DNA of 56,672 nucleotides, the filler included, from Sluysia triapertura (Eukaryota): NCBI GenBank assembly GCA_046118255.1. It is 4 parts of 4 records of this genome, joined end to end, with 100 filler letters (N's around TTAATTAATTAA, not from the genome) between each part and the next. Parts side by side here need not be neighbours in the genome. Positions count along the whole stretch, not along the records: positions 44,746 to 56,672 come from JBJNIA010155382.1; 3 more parts are not named here. One strand, 5' to 3'. The position numbers were made by a program, and so were the translations under genes. This document shows, one piece after another, positions 51,365 to 56,672 of this stretch; the stretch's first letter is position 1; the number at the start of each line of letters is the position of its first letter. The notes under the pieces are model-generated. The model was not told the DNA's origin. It did not search any database and was given only the letters and a program-made list of their open reading frames with translations.

Positions 51365-52143
51365 GTATTAATTTATGTTACTACTGCAAAGTAAATACTC
51401 AAAGCGCTTAAGGTAAATCATTCATTATAATATTTTTGAAACAGAAAGAACTTTTTCTTTTTCTTATATATTTCATAATCTTCCAGTAATTTGACATTCT
51501 CTGGTAACTGATTGTATATTTTTGAGACAAACGGTATACAACCTATCATCTAACTTGTTATCACTGTGAACTCTGTATAGATTATTATTATGCCTCAATG
51601 AAATATTCATCTTCATTTCCAATTTTCGTATTATTTCTAAAAGATATCCAGGACTTCCATAATGTAAGCATTTGTAAATTATTGTCATGATTTTAAATTC
51701 TATTCTTGACTTTATTGGTAACCAATGTAATTCTTTAAGATAAGGTGTATATGAGATCTTCTTCCAACTTGGAGAATTAGTCTTGCTGCCTGATTAATTA
51801 TTAATTGTAATTCTTTTAACTTTTCCATATGAAATTGAGTAAAATAAATCATTGTTAAAATCTATGTTGCTAGTTCAATGAATGAACAATAAGTTTAGCT
51901 GTTTCTTTATTAATAAATTTTCGAATATGTGATATTTTATTTAATTGATATTTACACTTTTTAACAATACAATTAATATTTATGTTCATTTTTGAATCCA
52001 TATAACAACCTATATTTCGTAATTTTTGCTTCGCATCTAGTGTCTTACCACCTACAATTAATTTTGTTTCATTTATTTTGGTATTGTCCCTTTTTTTATT
52101 ATTGAAGATTATAAATTCTGACTTTTCTTCATTGATTTTCAAG
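51365..52143 (-). mobile_element. L2/CR1-type LINE, 3' ~780 bp, frameshifted RT C-terminus
   Basis: LKINEEKSEFIIF…LRNIGCYMDSKM…IRKFINKETAKLIVHS, then HIHLI/LKELHWLP region and a 3' tail homologous to the copy at 49379. Confidence 0.9.
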
Positions 52144-52881
52144 TGAAATAGCCACCAAAATTGAAATTACAAATGATGTATTTCACTATGTATTTATAGT
52201 AAAATTCAGACAGCCATATTGGATATTTTGATATTAACTAAGTTAAACAAATTAAATTTTTAATATTAAAATTTATTTACAGAAATTAAATTGTTTTTTT
52301 AATTTTTATAAAATGGAAAATTATCATTTAATTTAATTTATTTACAATTTAAAATTTATTTAATAATCATTTTAATATAAAAATACACAAATAACACATA
52401 AATAATAAACTTCGAATAAGAACAAATAAAACTAAAACTCTACAAATAAAACGCAACAATGGTAATTGTGAAGTTTTGTAAAAATTAAAATCTAGCAAAA
52501 TTATTAAACTAAAACAATAATTTATCATTATTTAAAACTTAGACTTTAGTAATGAATATGTAGGGATGTATGTGGTGTAAAGTAATGGTATGTGAGAAAT
52601 ATATTTTTATAGGTATGTTCAAACTTAAGTTTTGTGTGTACATTTATTGTTGGTGGAATGATATAATCGCAAGTGTAGAATTGAAACACAACATATATAT
52701 TAAGGGTATTAAAATGTACATGAATTATTATGAAAAGATTAATATTTTGTGATTTTCCAATTTTTCAATATATTAATTCTAAGCGCTAGATTAAGAAAGA
52801 ATAAAGTGTTGGATCACTACATTTATTGTGTGCGATTTATCAATTTATTATCTTTATTATCATTATTTTCATTATTATTAG

Positions 52882-53035
52882 CACATTGAAGACGGTGTGC
52901 GATGAAAAGCATGTAGCCTGAATTTCCCGTATATTTTTTGAAATTAAACAAATTAATTCCAAATAACTTGAATTAATGTTACCCGTCTCCTACGTTTGAA
53001 AAATAAAATACGTGAATTCATCCGTCCTCAATGTG
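52882..53035. mobile_element. 154-bp piggyBac-type MITE
   Basis: TIR CACATTGAAGACGG / CCGTCCTCAATGTG (13/14 match), flanked by TTAG and TTAA. Confidence 0.75.
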
Positions 53036-53144
53036 TTAATATTATCAGTAAATATATTATTTATTATTATTATTATTACAAATTTTATTATTATAACATT
53101 TACGTTAAAGTAAAACATTTTAAATAAATAAATTAATTAATTAC

Positions 53145-55902
53145 TTTCACATTTTAATCCAACGACATCATCTAGTCTTTTTCTACAAACATTGCAGAAT
53201 TTTCGTTTGTAATGGCTTATTTCTGACCAACAATGTGGTGCTGGCTCCTAAAATATAAATTCTTTCATTTCAAAAATCAATGCATAAATCACTGTTAATT
53301 TATCTATAAAACATTGATTAGTCATATTTTTAGTAATTTTGAAGTTACTTGTAAAAAAATAAAACTATTTATCGATTTACACAAATTACTAAAGATAGAG
53401 ATTGATTACATTATATTTAACTACTGAGTCATTGTACGGTTGAAATATAAAATAACTAATTAACTAATTCAAAGAAAATCTGGAAAATCTGGAAAATTTG
53501 GAAAATCTGAAAATGTCAAAATACTTCAAAAGAAAAGAATCTACCAAACTTAATTAGACGGGAAAAAGCTGTACATTGATCAGAGACACTATAGAAAATT
53601 AAAATCGCGTGATATTCGTGAAATAGAAATAAGAAATAAATAATGTACACAAATTAATATAAAGTGGATGTAATTGTTATAGTATAGGTTATAGTTTAGG
53701 ATGATATTCACTATTGCGTAGAAGAAATTATCCACACAATCACAAAAATATATAAAATACAATTAAATTCATACTATTAATTGTATTAATTATTTATATT
53801 TATGAACAGAGGTTTCATCGTAAAGCTACTGAAACTAATAATGAAAAATTTTCAGACTCTCGGGTAAGCTTAAGAACTCATAAAAAGTTCAGCACATTTC
53901 GATCTCTAAAAGATCGAGGACATCCCAAAGTGAAAATTGAAAGATATCCAATAACTGGTGCAGTATCGAAATTCTAGAAAATGAAATGATCAAAGATTTG
54001 TTCATTGTTGATAATAAAATATAAATTTAAAGTCATTAAACAGGAAAAATTGCATCTGAAATCCGGAATGAATATTAAGAAAAACAAGAATGATTGTTGA
54101 TGATATATTATGTATTTTTAGAACCATATGATGCAGAAATTCAAATATGTATACTGTTCAATCTGAGAAAAATATGCAAAAATTAACTAGAAAATCATAA
54201 AAATGTTAAAATATCTATTTAGTTTTGTACATAATAAACTATTGAGTCGGAAATTGTGCTTATTTCTGGATTCAATTGTTGATTTGCATTACATTATGGA
54301 ATATCCTAATACAATAATTAAATGTTGGTAATCCAACACTATGATAGAATTTTATTTTATAATTTTATTAATCTCTTTCTGTACTGGGATATTTCGCAAT
54401 ATCTCCGAAAATAAAAATACATGTTAATGAAAGTAATGAAGTAACGAGACTAAGCACGGAGTATATGTAATCTAAAATATCTTATCAAACAGTATATAAC
54501 TCTTACAGCTAAGCGCTAGCTAAAAATGTATACTCAACATATATGCAACCGCAATCAGCGTCATTCGGCTATTAATACAAGCAAATTCATCAGAACGCTT
54601 ATTGATGCTGCCCGGCTGTCGCGGAATTTACGATTATTGATGTGACCCGTACTTAAAGGGTTAAAAATCACATGAATTTATATCACTAAGAATTGATAAT
54701 GTGCAAAATTAAATAAGTTTTAAAGACTTAAAACTTAATAATCTACATAATTAATATAACCCAGCTACAAGAAAAGTATATAATTATGATAAACTTTGCA
54801 CGACATATTAATCATAAAATATTACTTATAAAACATTAATTACAATTATTTCTAAAAAAATCGCTTTTTAATTAATTAATTAACTTATTTAATTTAAAAT
54901 TTAGTCTTTATGTAATTTATATGCAAAACTATGATATTTATACTAGGCTTAATAAAAATAAAATTCTTATTAGTTACATGTTCTATAGTTCAATAGTCCA
55001 CTTAAAATATATTTTAATTGCTCAGTTTTTAAATGAATGTCTAATGAATCATTTAGAAATATAAGAGCAAGCGCAATCGAGGAACGGTACAACGTGATCA
55101 CGAAAGTTACCTGACATAGTTCATATGAATTCACTAATTAATTGATGGATTAGACATTGTGCATCACAATATAAATTATTTTTATTCGGAAAAATACATT
55201 CTAAAGCATTCAAAAATATAGTGATACAAACATGAAAATAAAATCTGATCTCGTTTTATAAAATTAAATTCAATTAAGTTAATGATTTAACATTAAGAGC
55301 ACATTGATTTCTTTGATGCACACAAAAGAAAAACACATTAGTTTAATATAAATGTTTACTTAAAATGTACCATCAAAAACTAACTGTTACAATAAATGGC
55401 AATACACAATTGCACGGAATAATTATTTGCGAGACGCATTTTTCATGAGTCAAATAATTACAAACTACAAAACATAAAGTAATTCATAAATATATTATTA
55501 CTTTGACAAATATATCCGGTTGTTCCAAGTATTCCCCACAACGTCTCTGCACAAAAATGACATATCAAAGGTTTTCTAAAATTCTTTTTCGTAAATGAAT
55601 GACCTTTTATTCGGGTAACTTTTAATGATTCTCTAAATAAAAATAATAATTTATTAAATTCCTCACTTATTTATAACAGTGCTTGAATTATCATCAATAA
55701 ACAATCCACTCAAAGCACCCACATCATCAAACTTTTCAGTTAAATCATGTAAATCTAGTATATTAAAGTCATCCGCAATATTTTGCATCGCAGCTTTATA
55801 AGATGCATTCGATTTTTTGTCAGACTTTTTCCTATGAAATGAAGACTGTAGCTTCCAGATTGAGTGATCAGAATTTTCATCATTATGAACTTCTTCTAAC
55901 AT
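53145..55902 (-). CDS. DGKQ: 5' exons of diacylglycerol kinase theta (C1 domain 1 and part of C1 domain 2)
   Basis: Frame-consistent exons 55902-55667, 55632-55502, 55464-55385 and 53247-53145, with introns of 34, 37 and 2137 nt. Translation GHSFTKKNFRKPLICHFCAETLWGILGTTGYICQ|ICNYLTHEKCVSQIIIPCNCVLPFIVT|EPAPHCWSEISHYKRKFCNVCRKRLDDVVGLKCE matches the DGK-theta tandem C1 pattern (HEKC..V.IPC..VAPSLV.PVAHCW..KRKFC.VCRKRL). Start codon uncertain (acceptor at 55905-55906). Later exons not found. Confidence 0.9.
53810..54664 (+). mobile_element. Heavily decayed piggyBac-like remnant in the DGKQ intron
   Basis: Ends …AAAGGG|TTAA (54655-54664). NETKHGVY at ~54443 resembles YNxTKxGVD. Left end undefined. 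Confidence 0.4.
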
Positions 55903-56444
55903 TGCTTTTAATATAAAAATTTGCAGTAAAATACAAATATTGATTCTTTTGTTATTTAACAAATGTAATTATATCCAATAGAATCATTACTGATGATAAC
56001 TAATGGTCATAAATAAATACGCAATATTAAAATCCAGGAAAAATAAGAATACAATTTAAATTTTTAAATCATTTGTTATTGACCTCCATCCTTATTTATA
56101 ATTAATGCAATAATTTAAAACACAGAATAAGATGAAAAACAAATAATAACTTCTATTTATAAATTTTTAACTTAAGTATGACTTATTGTGACTCTTAAAA
56201 TCTGTATACATTTTTTTATATTTTTGTTCATTTTACAAAAATAGAATATTTCGGAATAACAATTATTTCTAAATTATAAGTCTTTTGGCACTTACTTGTA
56301 ATAAATTTATAATAAAAAATTTCATGAGAAAGTGGAGGTTATGTTTACTGATGTGCTTAGTGTAATTTGCATGAAAAATGATGTTTTTAAATTATAGTTA
56401 AATTATAGTTGGAACCTTTAAAATGTTCAAGAATTAAAATCCTA

Positions 56445-56560
56445 GTTAATAATATTAAAGATAAACTTAATACATTAATAATTAAAATAAAAAAGTAGAT
56501 AAAGGAATCAGAGTGGTGAGGTGAAAGTGTTTAGAGCCTCCTGAGTACCTTATAAAGTAT
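56445..56560 (+). repeat. Dispersed repeat family C core
   Basis: Matches 44425-44530. Confidence 0.75.
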
Positions 56561-56672
56561 ATAACTATTGTATATATATGTAAAAAAAATATTTCGTTTT
56601 TTGTATTTTTGTGTTTATTTATGTGTTAAAATCAATATTATTATTATAAGAATAAATTATATTTAATAATTT

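Overview
Very AT-rich animal genomic DNA with very short (31-38 nt) GT-AG introns. It is scaffolded from several contigs: three 100-bp N gaps carry a synthetic TTAATTAATTAA linker, and there is one plain N gap. The intron size, low GC and highly divergent metazoan proteins would fit a compact parasite genome such as an orthonectid; this is inference only. Host genes: a near-complete WDR3/UTP12 gene (37335-~40117, +), two dystrophin spectrin-repeat exons (+), the 5' C1-domain exons of a diacylglycerol kinase theta (-), and an intronless ankyrin ORF fused to an unrecognised 23/12-aa repeat region (-). The rest is mostly broken gene copies (Max-like bHLH, SCYL2, UBR1/2, a possible AKTIP exon) and transposon relics (NeSL/R2-type RLE retroelement 3' end, L2/CR1-type LINE pieces, piggyBac elements and a MITE, LTR-like families). 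Features most worth follow-up: an RLE element next to a hairpin-forming 20/21-nt array and a tRNA-like head; a duplicated module encoding D/Y/H-rich plus CIKNGxFC proteins, one copy containing a Max-like bHLH; a 94-bp-arm palindrome; a pre-miRNA-sized hairpin; and apparently interleaved antisense dystrophin and DGK-theta genes. All family assignments come from remembered motifs; no database search was run.
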